64,000 nt of DNA from an uncultured virus (IMG/VR IMGVR_UViG_3300036760_000418) (taxonomy: Duplodnaviria > Heunggongvirae > Uroviricota > Caudoviricetes): the IMG/VR virus record IMGVR_UViG_3300036760_000418, one strand, 5' to 3'. The position numbers and the translations under genes are program-made. Of this stretch, positions 1 to 10,640 are shown in pieces. The notes below the pieces were generated by a model. It was not told the DNA's origin and searched no databases. It was given only the letters and a program-made list of their open reading frames with translations. The number at the start of each line of letters is the position of its first letter. Positions within the stretch are counted from its first letter, which is position 1.

Positions 1-152
1 GGTACAGCACGGCGCGAGCGCACGCTCACGGTTTTGGGCCAGCCTAAAGTCATCACGACGCCCTTGGCTGTGACAGTGGCCGGGGACGACCTCGTGATCG
101 ACTTGGCAGACTCACAGCCAGGCGCACTCGTGTGCTGGACGGCATATAGCTG

Positions 153-719
153 ATGTTCAAGGTTTGCTGGCGATGGGAGATGACGCCACGCGAGTACGCG
201 GCTGGGTACACGTATATATCGTCTACCAAAACCGCCGACTTGCCGTTGGCAACCGAGCCGTTCTCGTGCCCACGACTACCCCTTCCAGGGACCGAGTACA
301 CCTACCAGCTTGCGATAAGCGACAAGTCGCCTTCACAAGACATCCAGGCCGTCGTTGGGCACCACCCGGAACTGCCCAGGTCGGGAGATCGTCGTAGTGG
401 CGTGCTCGTGTTTCACGGCGATACAATCATCGCGTCCGCCATCTTCTTGGCGACGCACAGCCTGGTGGTGCATCCAGATTACCGAAACCAAGGGTTAGCC
501 GCACGGATGTTCTTGGAGTGGAACGCTGTTACAAAGCGGCCATTTGTTTCGATCCACAACATCACACTGGCGACGGCCAAGACGCTGCTGCGGGCTCACC
601 GTGATGTGGTCGAACGCGCTGTTGCTGAAGGCAAGCCTGTTCCAGAAAGAGTGATTAGGGCTATTCAGGATGGTTCCGAAGTATCAGCCGTTTTGAGGCA
701 AACTGAGTTGGCCGTCTAA
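153..719 (+). CDS. GNAT-like acetyltransferase
   Basis: Motif A-like VVHPDYRNQGLA; start uncertain. Confidence 0.55.
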   Translation: MFKVCWRWEMTPREYAAGYTYISSTKTADLPLATEPFSCPRLPLPGTEYTYQLAISDKSPSQDIQAVVGHHPELPRSGDRRSGVLVFHGDTIIASAIFLATHSLVVHPDYRNQGLAARMFLEWNAVTKRPFVSIHNITLATAKTLLRAHRDVVERAVAEGKPVPERVIRAIQDGSEVSAVLRQTELAV

Positions 720-732
720 GAGCGAGAAGATC

Positions 733-1107
733 ATGGGAAACAAGACATCAGCAATAGCAGCAATCGCAGCCGCCAACGGCTTACCGCCGCCAAGTGCAAC
801 GGTCATCACACTGGACAACTCCGTGCTTGAGGCCGGGGTTTATAACCGGGTGCTCAACTCCGGGGATAGCCCTATGGTCCTTCTGCTTCCGCCAGCTCCT
901 ACGGACGGAATGGTTGTCGGGTTCACTGTTGTGGGTTTTGTCGGTGCTCAGAACACCAGGTTTGTCGGCAACGGCAAAGATATCGCTGGTAAAAATGGGG
1001 TTGGATCGCAGGTTTACCAGAGCTTCTCCACCCCTGTCCTGTTTAGGTTTGATGAAGATCAGGATTTGTGGACTGTGTTGGTCGGGGACGTTGGTGGAGA
1101 GGCTTGA
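733..1107 (+). CDS. hypothetical protein, possibly virion-associated
   Basis: Clean ORF, Gly/Val-rich. Confidence 0.5.
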   Translation: MGNKTSAIAAIAAANGLPPPSATVITLDNSVLEAGVYNRVLNSGDSPMVLLLPPAPTDGMVVGFTVVGFVGAQNTRFVGNGKDIAGKNGVGSQVYQSFSTPVLFRFDEDQDLWTVLVGDVGGEA

Positions 1108-1118
1108 GTGTGCCTAAT

Positions 1119-1150
1119 AGATCAACAGTGAGTCTGCCTGCTGTTGATCT
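1119..1150 (+). repeat. hairpin element, copy 1 (second copy ~2723-2750) upstream of paralogous genes
   Basis: gatcaacag-N12-ctgttgatc; near-identical tcaacagtgagtctg..ctgttgatct before 2791. Confidence 0.7.
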
Positions 1151-1184
1151 TGTTATGTGACCTCTTGGCAGAGAGAAACAAAAA

Positions 1185-1538
1185 ATGGCAATCAAGATCC
1201 GTAAGCAAGCCGCGTCCGCAGTTGGGATACCGCCGTCAACCCACCTTCAGTTCTTCGTGGACAGTGACGGCACGCCCAAGCTGAAAGACAGCTTTGGGAC
1301 CGTCTACGCGGTTTCACAGACCGGCAACGTCGTGCTAACGGAGATCCCAACTCCTGCACCGATTGCGAACAAGGTCTTGGTTTACGCGAAGGACGTGCTT
1401 GGCGTGTCTCAGCCGTTCGTGATGCTTGACGATGGTACTGAGATCCAGCTTGGAGCAGGTGGCGGTGCTTTTTGGGACCAGCCTTCAGGTAAACAAGTCG
1501 TTACGATCTCTATTGATAACGGGCTACCACCACCCTAA
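1185..1538 (+). CDS. short paralog of the N-terminus of 2791..3921 (putative virion protein)
   Basis: MAIKIRKQAA..PP.TH.QFFVD.DG.PKLKD and ANKV..Y.KDVLG shared. Confidence 0.7.
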   Translation: MAIKIRKQAASAVGIPPSTHLQFFVDSDGTPKLKDSFGTVYAVSQTGNVVLTEIPTPAPIANKVLVYAKDVLGVSQPFVMLDDGTEIQLGAGGGAFWDQPSGKQVVTISIDNGLPPP

Positions 1539-1560
1539 CGCCCTGACTTAGAGGTTCAAA

Positions 1561-2712
1561 ATGGTTGCCGTAAATACAAATGTGTTCGTTGCCCCGACTG
1601 TGGGACAGAACGTCGCCTATCAGCTTCAGATCAACGGTTTGATTGCTAGCTCTGGTGTTTTGCGTCCTGCCTTGATCGTAGGCAGTTTGCTGTTCGACGG
1701 CTCTGTCGGTAACCCAGACGTTCGACTCAAAAATGTCACGCTGTACGAAGTGCAGCCAAATGCTGGACCAATCGGGGCAAACATTGCTTTTCTGAAAGCC
1801 GCGCTGCCAGCCGTATATCCAGACGTAACTGCCGCCCTTCAAGTGTTGCCTTCGGGTGAGATCACACTTGAGGGCACAGCGCTCGGTGGTTACAACGAAT
1901 GGGTGTCGGCTATGGTGCTGACAGTTGGGCCGGAAGTGATTCTACCGGCAGTCTCCCCGACCTTTGATCCGTTCTCGTTAGTCCCCGGTGTGCCGACTGC
2001 TGGTCCGGTACTCAAGACGATCACTATTGATGTACCACCGTTGAGCACCGTGACGGTGTGCCCAGCCCCAGATCCTGGCTTTGTGCGCGTTACGGGTAAC
2101 GCTCTGTGCGGTCCTGGGATGGGGACTTTTGTTAGCTGTTATCCTTTTGGTGGGTCCGCTAGCTTTATTTTGTCTCTGATTGATACGGTGTTTCTCGGTG
2201 TGCCAGTAGCTGGTGGAACTGCGACTGTAATAGACCCCTACGCCTCACCAGTAGGAATCATTGGCGCACGCTTAGTGTTTGGATCAACGGAAACGCTGGA
2301 TCTTCAGAACTTGGATGCGGTGAACACCATACGAGTAACAACTGGGTACATCGACGTGCCAAGTACGGGCATCAGCCTAATCCGAGTGGCCACTAACGGC
2401 ACTACGCCCGTCACAATCGTTCCTGCCCCACTTGCGGGTAAACTGAGAGTGCCTTTTCTTCCCGAGACGTTTCACGATACATTTTCGATAGCAGGGAACT
2501 ATTGGGTACAACTCGATAGCATTGGTCACACTGGTTTGGTGAAGCAACTCGGAGAGGCTTATTCAGTGTTTGGGGTGGGAGCAGCACCGGTCCTACAGCC
2601 ACTTTTGCTGCTTCCGGCGACTCTGACTTCGCCAATCACCTTCGAGCTTTTAGAGGCCACGGCCACAGATGAAGGTTTGATCATCGGGGCTTACCAAGAC
2701 TTCGATGAATGA
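1561..2712 (+). CDS. putative virion/receptor-binding protein
   Basis: 383 aa, Val/Pro/Gly/Thr-rich, SD agagg; PAP.AGK motifs as in 2791..3921. Confidence 0.55.
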   Translation: MVAVNTNVFVAPTVGQNVAYQLQINGLIASSGVLRPALIVGSLLFDGSVGNPDVRLKNVTLYEVQPNAGPIGANIAFLKAALPAVYPDVTAALQVLPSGEITLEGTALGGYNEWVSAMVLTVGPEVILPAVSPTFDPFSLVPGVPTAGPVLKTITIDVPPLSTVTVCPAPDPGFVRVTGNALCGPGMGTFVSCYPFGGSASFILSLIDTVFLGVPVAGGTATVIDPYASPVGIIGARLVFGSTETLDLQNLDAVNTIRVTTGYIDVPSTGISLIRVATNGTTPVTIVPAPLAGKLRVPFLPETFHDTFSIAGNYWVQLDSIGHTGLVKQLGEAYSVFGVGAAPVLQPLLLLPATLTSPITFELLEATATDEGLIIGAYQDFDE

Positions 2713-2790
2713 TAGTTACAGCTCAACAGTGAGTCTGTCGGCTGTTGATCTTTAGATGAGTCTCTAGGCAGAGAGAAAGTAGAACCGAAA

Positions 2791-3921
2791 ATGGCGATCA
2801 AGATCCGAAAACAAGCCGCTGCTTCTGTTGAGCTACCACCGAACACGCATACCCAGTTCTTCGTAGACACCGATGGGTTGCCCAAGCTGAAGGACGACCT
2901 TGGTGCCGTCACGGATGCTGCCCAGGCTGGGCAGGTGACGCTGAACGAGCAGGGCTCAGACCCAGCAGCAGTGGCCAACAAGGTCAAGCTCTACAGCAAA
3001 GACGTGTTGGGAATCAGCGAGTTCTTCGCCCGCGATGACCAGGGCAATGTGATTCAGATCACCAGCAACGGCGAGTTGTCGGTGCCGCAGCCGACAATCG
3101 AGCCCAGTGCCTGGGTAACCGAGATGGGCTCGGCTCGCATCAACATCGCGGCCCCTGGCACCTATACGGTGGTCCCGTCGCCTCCTGCTGGAAAGCTCAG
3201 GATGGTTATCGACGGCCCGCTGGGCGGGTTGACAAGCGTCTCCCCAGCCAACCAAGCAGCTCCGTGCGGGCTACTTTTGTGGGCCAGCAACGGTACCCTT
3301 ATGGGACCACCCAGTGGTTTCGCTGGCACATTCGACGTAACTGTTCAGGCTCAAGGTCGAACGCTAGCCACAGCGGGCATCGGTGAGTTCAGTATGTTGG
3401 GCTTTGAGTACGGTGCCTTTTACTTGGCTCCTGGAGAGACGGTTGCCGTTACCGTGAGTAACTTTGCGGGCGGCACCACCAAGGTGGTTGGTCGAGCTAC
3501 CTGGATCGACTTCGATGCAACGGATGTGTCGTTTGTCCGGTTGACGTTCCCGACCGTAGGCACTCCGCAGCTTGTCATTCCTCCTGTACCCGCAGGCAAG
3601 ATCGCGGCGCTGTATTTCCCCGGAGGGGCTCACATCCTCCGAGATGTTTTTCAGTATAACTTCCTAGCGTTTTTCAATAACCCGGACGCCGCCCCCCATA
3701 ACTGGAATCTTACGTATACAGATCCGGCTGGAGGATCCATAACCTTGAACCCCGTCTTCACCCTGGGTGCGGGGACACACGGGTTCTCTTATCTACTCCA
3801 GTACCATTCGTGGGTGCTTGTAGAGGGGCAGTCGCTTTCGGTTGCGTTGGACAGCGGCGATACAGTGCCAGGCACGTCGCCATATATGTGGGCCATGTAC
3901 AAGCTGTACGACTCAGTTTGA
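2791..3921 (+). CDS. putative virion/receptor-binding protein
   Basis: 376 aa; N-terminus paralogous to 1185..1538. Confidence 0.55.
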   Translation: MAIKIRKQAAASVELPPNTHTQFFVDTDGLPKLKDDLGAVTDAAQAGQVTLNEQGSDPAAVANKVKLYSKDVLGISEFFARDDQGNVIQITSNGELSVPQPTIEPSAWVTEMGSARINIAAPGTYTVVPSPPAGKLRMVIDGPLGGLTSVSPANQAAPCGLLLWASNGTLMGPPSGFAGTFDVTVQAQGRTLATAGIGEFSMLGFEYGAFYLAPGETVAVTVSNFAGGTTKVVGRATWIDFDATDVSFVRLTFPTVGTPQLVIPPVPAGKIAALYFPGGAHILRDVFQYNFLAFFNNPDAAPHNWNLTYTDPAGGSITLNPVFTLGAGTHGFSYLLQYHSWVLVEGQSLSVALDSGDTVPGTSPYMWAMYKLYDSV

Positions 3922-3923
3922 GC

Positions 3924-4664
3924 ATGCAGGTTTCCGTGATCATGCCCTTCTGGAATGCTGGGCAGTACGTCGATGCCGCGTTGCGTTCGGTGTTCAGGCA
4001 GAGCGTGCCTGTCCAAGAAGTGATCATCGTGGACCAAGGAGGCAGCACTCCCGAGTCTGCGTTTCCTGATCACCTTCGTGACCTCGATGGCCTGCATTTC
4101 ATTTCGTCCCCCCAGACCACTCCGGGTAAAGCACGCAACCTGGCGCTAGCAGCGGCTACAGGAGACGCGATTGCTTTCCTCGATGCTGATGACCTGTGGC
4201 CCTTGGGTAAGCTGGAGCGGCAAGTCAGCGCACTTCAAGATCACGACTTGGTCGGCGGCTTCACCCGCTGGTTCACGGAGACAATCTCTGGAGATGTCCT
4301 GGAACCTAGTCTGACGGCATCCGTGTGCCTGCTGATGCCGCTTCTTGGGGCGTGCCTCTACCGCAGAGAGTTCCTGGAGAAGCTCGGGCACTTCGACGCG
4401 GAATTCGTGTTCTCGGAAGACGTTGACTTGCTTCTACGAGCTTGCGAGTCTCAGGGCAGGATCTTGGCACTGCGCACTGTTGAATTGTATTACCGCAAAA
4501 ACCCTCAGTCCGTGACACATAGCCACGATCCAATGCGTGACCCCCATTACGCCAGAGCAGTTCGGCAATCGTTGGAGCGTCGAGGCGCAACCGGGAACCG
4601 TCGAGGAGTACACGGGCTGGCGAGTTATATGGAACCTACGCGGGCCTTGCGAACCACCAAATGA
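3924..4664 (+). CDS. glycosyltransferase family 2
   Basis: VSVIMPFWN, VIIVDQGGS, ARNLAL, AFLDADD, SEDVD. Confidence 0.9.
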   Translation: MQVSVIMPFWNAGQYVDAALRSVFRQSVPVQEVIIVDQGGSTPESAFPDHLRDLDGLHFISSPQTTPGKARNLALAAATGDAIAFLDADDLWPLGKLERQVSALQDHDLVGGFTRWFTETISGDVLEPSLTASVCLLMPLLGACLYRREFLEKLGHFDAEFVFSEDVDLLLRACESQGRILALRTVELYYRKNPQSVTHSHDPMRDPHYARAVRQSLERRGATGNRRGVHGLASYMEPTRALRTTK

Positions 4665-4669
4665 TGGCA

Positions 4670-5227
4670 TCACGGATCTTCGTTTGCGTGAAGTTGGGCC
4701 CACAACCCATGGGACTCATCGTTGGGCCCACGGATCAAGGTCCCGAGGAACTCCAGGGTTTGCCGCATCGCTGGCTCTGAGAGCCCCTGCACGGTCAGGT
4801 CCAGACCGCCAGACAGCTTCGTGCTCGGGACCAAGGCACAGCCTTCTGGGAGCCTCTGAGCTAGGCGCTGCACTGAGTTTCGAGCGGTTTGTTGGAGCTG
4901 CCGCTCACGGGCCTCTGCTTGGGACGCCTCTTTTTCGAGCCGTACCATCGCGGCAAGGTGCAGCTCGACGTTCCGAACAACAAACCACCCGGCCTTGGTT
5001 TCCCGAAAGGTCTTGGCCGGGGTTCTGGGCGTCTTGACTGTGAGCGTGTGGCGACCAAACGGGAGAGATTTCACCGGGCGGAGTTGAACCCAGACTCGAT
5101 GTAACCCGATGATCAGGTTTCGGCCCTGTACCAAAGACCCTTCCCCGTCGTAACGGCAAAGTGTTGACCCCACCCGTAACGCTTGAAGCAGGTCTTGCTC
5201 AAGTTCTGGGACTTGGTTTAGGTCCAC
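4670..5227 (-). CDS. hypothetical protein
   Basis: Abuts helicase stop; start uncertain. Confidence 0.4.
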   Translation of the reverse strand: MDLNQVPELEQDLLQALRVGSTLCRYDGEGSLVQGRNLIIGLHRVWVQLRPVKSLPFGRHTLTVKTPRTPAKTFRETKAGWFVVRNVELHLAAMVRLEKEASQAEARERQLQQTARNSVQRLAQRLPEGCALVPSTKLSGGLDLTVQGLSEPAMRQTLEFLGTLIRGPNDESHGLWAQLHANEDP

Positions 5228-5228
5228 G

Positions 5229-8200
5229 TCAGTCCACGCTGTTGATCAGGTCAAACACAGAGATGGGTTTCTTGGGTAGCATTCGGTACACAGGTTCCGA
5301 GTTGGTGGGCAAGACCCCCTCAGATAGTATGGCCCAAAGCTGCTTACCGATGCTGAGGCCCGTCAAGAATTCGTCGGCCCCAACGCCCGCCGCCAGCAAC
5401 GCGGACTCAGGATCGAGCCCGTCAGTGGCCACGCTAACCGCTACCTTTTGAAGAAGCAGATCATAGAGCTGTGGCTGAAGCGTACCCGTGTAGATGGGGA
5501 ACAGGATCCTGGTTTCAACCGTTTGACCGATACGATCTACCCGGCCAATAGCCTGACGGAAAACGATTGGGGAGCACGCCGGGTTTTCCATCCAGATCTC
5601 GGTGGCGAAATGCACCAAATTGTTGAGCCCAGTCGCTATCGCGACAGGGTTCGTGATCATCACGCGAGAGCCACGACTCACGATATTGTGCTCAATCCAA
5701 CCCTGACGCTTAGCGGTCGGAACCTTGTTTGCGTAAAGAATCGGGACATTCTCCCCATCAAGCGCTTCCGAGATCAGACGGGCCAGGCGGGGTAGCAAAG
5801 TCACGTGCCACGAGAACACCATCACGTTGCGACCCTCAGCCAGCTCTCGCTTGACCCTTTCGATCATCCACTGCTCTTTGGGTAGGATCGTCGAAGCGGG
5901 GAGCGGCGGTACCGTCGCCACAAGTTCCGCCCCGACAGACTCAGGGTAGCGAATCTCGAAGGCACCCGTGAGGGTGTTGCCGGTGTCAGCGGTGGCCCGA
6001 TCCACGTAGCTCGGAAGCTCCGCGAGCTGCCCAAATAGCTTGCCCGCCAGACCCTCTACATGCATGTCCTTCCTGATCCGTGTGACCAGGGTGTCTCGCA
6101 GGTGCTTAAAGCTGGCCGTCAACTCGGGGCCAGGATCGATCAGGTGCTTCTCTTGCTTGCATGGCGGCAAATCAAGAGCCAGGTCCGCCTTGTGCAGCGT
6201 GACCGAAATAGGCAGCAAGTGTCGCAGCAGAAACAAGGGTAGGACGCCCGGAGCATTCCCGACCACACGGGCCGTGCTGGTTACGCGATCGGACCTGGTA
6301 CCGAACTCGATGACCTTCCCAGGGGCTACCGCTTTCTGCATCACGATACGCTTGCGATACCCGTAACGATCGTTGAACCGGGCCTTATCCTCACGCTTGA
6401 ACTCTTGCCGGAAACCAGGGGACACCGCCCACATGTTCGTAAACAGGCTTTCGGCGTAGCCGTTCATAACGGATCCGGTCATTTCAATCGTAGGGATCCC
6501 GAGGTTCATGAGACGGTTGGCTGCTCGGCATTGTGCTGAGTTTTCGGACGAATACTCATGTGCCTCGTCTACGATCAAGAAGTCAAAGGCCTTGGGGTAC
6601 TGCTTTACGATGTGCTGAGCCAACGCCACACGCCGGGGCTCAGGCACAGCCTCAAACAGGAACTCCCCACAGGGCTTAGACCACTTGAGTCCTGCGAGGT
6701 GCGAGAGGGTGCTAAGGGCCATAGTGGCCGCTTTGAGGCTACGCTCTGGGGTCTCATCGATGACCAAACCCTTTTCCCAAGACAAGGGAAGCCCTGCAAC
6801 CCGGATGTGCTTTTCACCCTTTTGGGCGTCCTCAACGTTCTTCTCGAAACCACCCCAAGGGCTGTAGTGGTACGATGTGGACGAAGACTTGTGCCGCGAG
6901 ACAGCTTCGACCTGACGTTCCCCGTTGGGCGGCAACAGAAGAAGCAACTCCCGACCAAAACCCTTCTCGTAATACCCCAGGTGTTCGAGGAAGTGTTCCG
7001 CTGTGGCGAGGATGCGTTCCTCGCTTGCCGTACAGAGCAGGATCCAAACGATCGCCTGTCGGATCTGCTCGCCTTCCGAGAAACGGGGCAACAACTCCGC
7101 AAGAGCTGCATCGAAGTAGCTTGGGTTAAAGCCTGGGAAAACCAAGGGTTTGGTTTCACGCTTAGTTGCGAGGAAGGCCGCTTGCTTCTGAGCCCAACGA
7201 CCCCGCATCAAGTTTTGAATGGTCGGATCCAGGGGCTCGAATTGCATCAACTGACGGCACAGCTTCAACACGACCTTTCCAACGTCGCTTGAGGGGTTCC
7301 GTAGGGTCCGTACCTCACAACGTGATCGAAGCTTCGCTAGATCCCCCTGAGGGGTTGGGCTTCCACACTTAGGGCATGTGTCACCAACCCGCTTCCAACC
7401 ATGCGAAAGCTTAGCGGTTTCACGTGAAACCACGGACACAATGGTTTGGGATCGAGTATCTTGAGACACCGCCTCAAGGTCACCGATGGTATCAAGGATC
7501 CTAACCTCAGCCTCAGGCATCACGGCCGCGATCTCATTGGCCCAGCTCGTAAGCAGGTGAGGCGGACAGATGATCAAGGGACGCGAGGCCCCGACGGTCT
7601 TGGATACCACCAGTGCGACGGTGGACTTGCCGGAGCCGATTTCACCGAGCAGGAAGGCGGCTTTGCCCCGACGTTTGTGTAGCGGGACACCCGTACCACC
7701 CAGGAGCTTGACCAGAGCCTTGGCAGCATGCGCTTGAGCGGTGAAGGGCGTACGGACCGTGGGGGCCAAAGGGATTTGATCCCCGTCCCTACGCGGATCA
7801 TAGAGAATGGGGCACTGTTGCTCCATCACGGCCATGAGGGAGTCCCCGTAGTAGTGCAACAGACCCCCGACGGTCATGCCCTCAATCTGGGGCTCGCACG
7901 TCCCGCTGTTACCCAGGGTATGGTACTTGTGGGTTCGGAGATCCAGCACGGTGGCCACGAGCTTGGGTTGCTGCACCTGGACAAGGATCGTGGCGTCCCT
8001 GTCCTTGCTTTCCTTCTCTTCGATGGTCCGGTATTCCTGATCGAACACCCCCTTCACGAGAAGCGGGGGCAGATCCAGGCGGAAATCGGTAGGCTCGACC
8101 CTGGCCCCGTTGAAAATCCCCGCAGCGATACCGGCCGCGATATGGGCAGGCCGGGGCGGGGTTGCCACCGGGTACTTACGGAGCATCAGCTCATGGATAG

Positions 8201-9035
8201 GCAGATCGGGTAGAACGCCCCGCACAGGCGTGTAGACCCCAGCTCGGGTGCCCTGCACCCAAGGACGGGCCTTCGCCATGAGCCCCGAAAGGTCAGCGGG
8301 ACGCATCACCCATTCCTCAAGGCCCTCATGGTAGTCTTTCGAGGACTCGATACGAGCTAGTGGGGCCGACATGATGTTCGGTAGCTCCGGAAGCTGAGAG
8401 CCATCCGCGTAGCCTTCGACCAGGGCCAGGATTTTAGGATCCGGCTGGTGCTTGGACATGGCCTTCTGAGCAAACAATACGACTTGCTTGAAGTTCTCAA
8501 AGTCGGCGTCCGGGAACTTGAAGCACCGGACATTCCGATACTCGGTCGCGAGAAGTTCCGCCGAAGCCTTGAGAGCGTAAAAGGGCACCACGAAGATTAG
8601 AGCGCCACCCGACATCAACATGGGTGTGAAGCGGGTCAAGAACTTGTGCTCAAGACGCTGGTATTCACGATCCAGATCGTAGGGTGGGTTTAAATACAAG
8701 ACCGACACCCCGTCACGGTTACCACGCCTGAAGGTCGCGTGAAAAGCATCACCATGCAGGAGGTTTGTGGTCAGGTGATAGTAGGTTTCTTCGCAGGCTT
8801 TGCGTAGAGCGGCGGATCGCGAGCCTTCCATTTCACAAGCGAACAGTTTGGCTTGGTTAGGCTTTACCCATGCTTTGATGAGGCTCAAGATTGCCGTACC
8901 GTCACCGGTACAAGGATCGGCAAATGTAACTTGGCTGTCCCCTAAATGCTTTTCAAGCAAACGGGCAATCCGAGGGATCAGGTGTGCGGGGGTTGGAAAG
9001 TATCCACCGAGAGCCACTGATTCTTGCCTGGCCAT
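5229..9035 (-). CDS. N6-adenine MTase-like domain fused to SNF2-family helicase
   Basis: ADPCTGDG, LYLNPPY; GEIGSGKS Walker A, IVDEAH, QAIGRVDRIGQ. Confidence 0.85.
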   Translation of the reverse strand: MARQESVALGGYFPTPAHLIPRIARLLEKHLGDSQVTFADPCTGDGTAILSLIKAWVKPNQAKLFACEMEGSRSAALRKACEETYYHLTTNLLHGDAFHATFRRGNRDGVSVLYLNPPYDLDREYQRLEHKFLTRFTPMLMSGGALIFVVPFYALKASAELLATEYRNVRCFKFPDADFENFKQVVLFAQKAMSKHQPDPKILALVEGYADGSQLPELPNIMSAPLARIESSKDYHEGLEEWVMRPADLSGLMAKARPWVQGTRAGVYTPVRGVLPDLPIHELMLRKYPVATPPRPAHIAAGIAAGIFNGARVEPTDFRLDLPPLLVKGVFDQEYRTIEEKESKDRDATILVQVQQPKLVATVLDLRTHKYHTLGNSGTCEPQIEGMTVGGLLHYYGDSLMAVMEQQCPILYDPRRDGDQIPLAPTVRTPFTAQAHAAKALVKLLGGTGVPLHKRRGKAAFLLGEIGSGKSTVALVVSKTVGASRPLIICPPHLLTSWANEIAAVMPEAEVRILDTIGDLEAVSQDTRSQTIVSVVSRETAKLSHGWKRVGDTCPKCGSPTPQGDLAKLRSRCEVRTLRNPSSDVGKVVLKLCRQLMQFEPLDPTIQNLMRGRWAQKQAAFLATKRETKPLVFPGFNPSYFDAALAELLPRFSEGEQIRQAIVWILLCTASEERILATAEHFLEHLGYYEKGFGRELLLLLPPNGERQVEAVSRHKSSSTSYHYSPWGGFEKNVEDAQKGEKHIRVAGLPLSWEKGLVIDETPERSLKAATMALSTLSHLAGLKWSKPCGEFLFEAVPEPRRVALAQHIVKQYPKAFDFLIVDEAHEYSSENSAQCRAANRLMNLGIPTIEMTGSVMNGYAESLFTNMWAVSPGFRQEFKREDKARFNDRYGYRKRIVMQKAVAPGKVIEFGTRSDRVTSTARVVGNAPGVLPLFLLRHLLPISVTLHKADLALDLPPCKQEKHLIDPGPELTASFKHLRDTLVTRIRKDMHVEGLAGKLFGQLAELPSYVDRATADTGNTLTGAFEIRYPESVGAELVATVPPLPASTILPKEQWMIERVKRELAEGRNVMVFSWHVTLLPRLARLISEALDGENVPILYANKVPTAKRQGWIEHNIVSRGSRVMITNPVAIATGLNNLVHFATEIWMENPACSPIVFRQAIGRVDRIGQTVETRILFPIYTGTLQPQLYDLLLQKVAVSVATDGLDPESALLAAGVGADEFLTGLSIGKQLWAILSEGVLPTNSEPVYRMLPKKPISVFDLINSVD

Positions 9036-9037
9036 TC

Positions 9038-9856
9038 CTAGAGTGCCCCCTGAAGGCTGAAAAAGAGCGCCACTTCGCGGGCGAGTAAGGTATCTAAGGT
9101 TTCATGGTTTGCGTTGAAAGCCAAGCCCGGCAGCAACCCTACTGTGGTGGTCCCAGACTCATGGTAGCGGCTCCGTGGGTATTGCCCGAAACCTAAAGAG
9201 TTGGCTTGCCTGTATAGATCCGGAGGGGTGGCGAACGAAGCCAACCCGTGTTCCAGACACGAGAGCATGAGTTGGAAGTAGAACCGACCGTCAGCGACCA
9301 GAGGACAGCGGGTTCGCCGATCCAGATACGCTGCAAACAGATAGGACATGGGGGCCCAAGCCGAGAGTTGCTCAGGGGTGAACTCCACGTAATTACAGAG
9401 CTTTGCATGGGCCACAAGGGAAGGTACGTCGAGGTTCTGTTCGGCAGCCCAGGTCTTGGTGGGTAGGAGTATGAAGCGAGCCCCGGATGGGTCCACCATC
9501 CCGGGATCAATCTGGAATAGCTCCGGTAGGAAAATGGTAGCCAACGAGCCTTCTTCTTCACGCTGCCAAACCACCTGATACCCTGATGACTTGAGGATCT
9601 CTAGGCAGTCAGCTTTCCGTCGGCTGTAATCGTTCGCTTTGGGGGCATAGGCTTTACGTCCCAGGCTCAGATTAGCCATGAAGGCTCGTAGCTCTTGATC
9701 TGAGCCCCCGAATATCGCCCAAGCTGGACGAGAGTTGTCCGAAACCGTTTGGCCACCGGGCCAAAGCAGATCAGCCTCCACAGACGCAAGAAGCGTTGCA
9801 CGGAACGTGCGTCCTTTCTTACCTTCCGTCTGTGGGGCAATCTGGAATTCACGCAT
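9038..9856 (-). CDS. hypothetical protein coupled to the MTase-helicase
   Basis: ATG (MREFQ) overlaps phosphatase stop. Confidence 0.6.
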   Translation of the reverse strand: MREFQIAPQTEGKKGRTFRATLLASVEADLLWPGGQTVSDNSRPAWAIFGGSDQELRAFMANLSLGRKAYAPKANDYSRRKADCLEILKSSGYQVVWQREEEGSLATIFLPELFQIDPGMVDPSGARFILLPTKTWAAEQNLDVPSLVAHAKLCNYVEFTPEQLSAWAPMSYLFAAYLDRRTRCPLVADGRFYFQLMLSCLEHGLASFATPPDLYRQANSLGFGQYPRSRYHESGTTTVGLLPGLAFNANHETLDTLLAREVALFFSLQGAL

Positions 9857-10601
9857 GGTCGGTACTCCGGCGATGCCCCAAGTCATAGTAGGCCAGGCGA
9901 GCCCGAACCTGCACGAATTCGACATCACGGCCAGGAACCACGACAGCCGCACTCAAATGGCCCCCGTACACACAGCCGGTATCGATGCCGTAGCAAGCGC
10001 CACCATCGAAGCGGTCTACCCTGGGGTTTCCCAAGGAGTGTACAGCGTGCCCGTAGATCACGGACTCAGGGCCCTTCCAACGTTCCGCCCACAGGATGGT
10101 ATTGGCGGGTTGTTCCAGGGACCCTTCCGAGTACCCCTTCATCACACCCGAGTCGTCCACGTACCGCACGCGGATCACAGCATCCGATTGATCCGCGACC
10201 TTGAACGCAGGCTCCAGGCCCGCATGCACCACTACCATGCTCGGATTGATGTGAAGGACGCGGGGCAGCCCTTTGAGCCATGCAACGTCGTCATCGGACA
10301 ACAGCGCATGCTGAGCTTGACGCTCAGCCGACAACCGCATTGGATTTTTCTTGCCGCTGACGGCCCGGTTTGCCTCGTGTTGCCGAAAGCGGGGGAACTT
10401 CTCATCGTGGTTACTTTCCACACACTCAGCCCCCAGCTCACGTACGAACTTTACACAAGCCGCCGGTTCCGGTCCCCGGTCCATCAGATCGCCCACAAAT
10501 ACGAGGCGGTCGGAACCTTGGACGAACGAAACCACCTTTAACAGGTCCCGCAGCTCATCGAGGCAGCCGTGTACGTCACCAATAACGAGAGTACGGTCCA
10601 T
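9849..10601 (-). CDS. calcineurin-like metallophosphoesterase (PrpE/ApaH-like)
   Basis: GDVHG, GDLMDRG, SNHD, HAG, YGH, IDTGC. Confidence 0.9.
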   Translation of the reverse strand: MDRTLVIGDVHGCLDELRDLLKVVSFVQGSDRLVFVGDLMDRGPEPAACVKFVRELGAECVESNHDEKFPRFRQHEANRAVSGKKNPMRLSAERQAQHALLSDDDVAWLKGLPRVLHINPSMVVVHAGLEPAFKVADQSDAVIRVRYVDDSGVMKGYSEGSLEQPANTILWAERWKGPESVIYGHAVHSLGNPRVDRFDGGACYGIDTGCVYGGHLSAAVVVPGRDVEFVQVRARLAYYDLGHRRSTDHA

Positions 10602-10640
10602 TACGGAGGTACTACACCGGGGCGCTCAAAAACTCTAGTC

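Noticed and set aside
1533..1560. CCC-TAA +1 frameshift fusing 1185..1538 to 1561..2712
   Set aside because: The +1 frame has TAG at 1549-1551 before the next ATG, and the downstream gene has its own SD.
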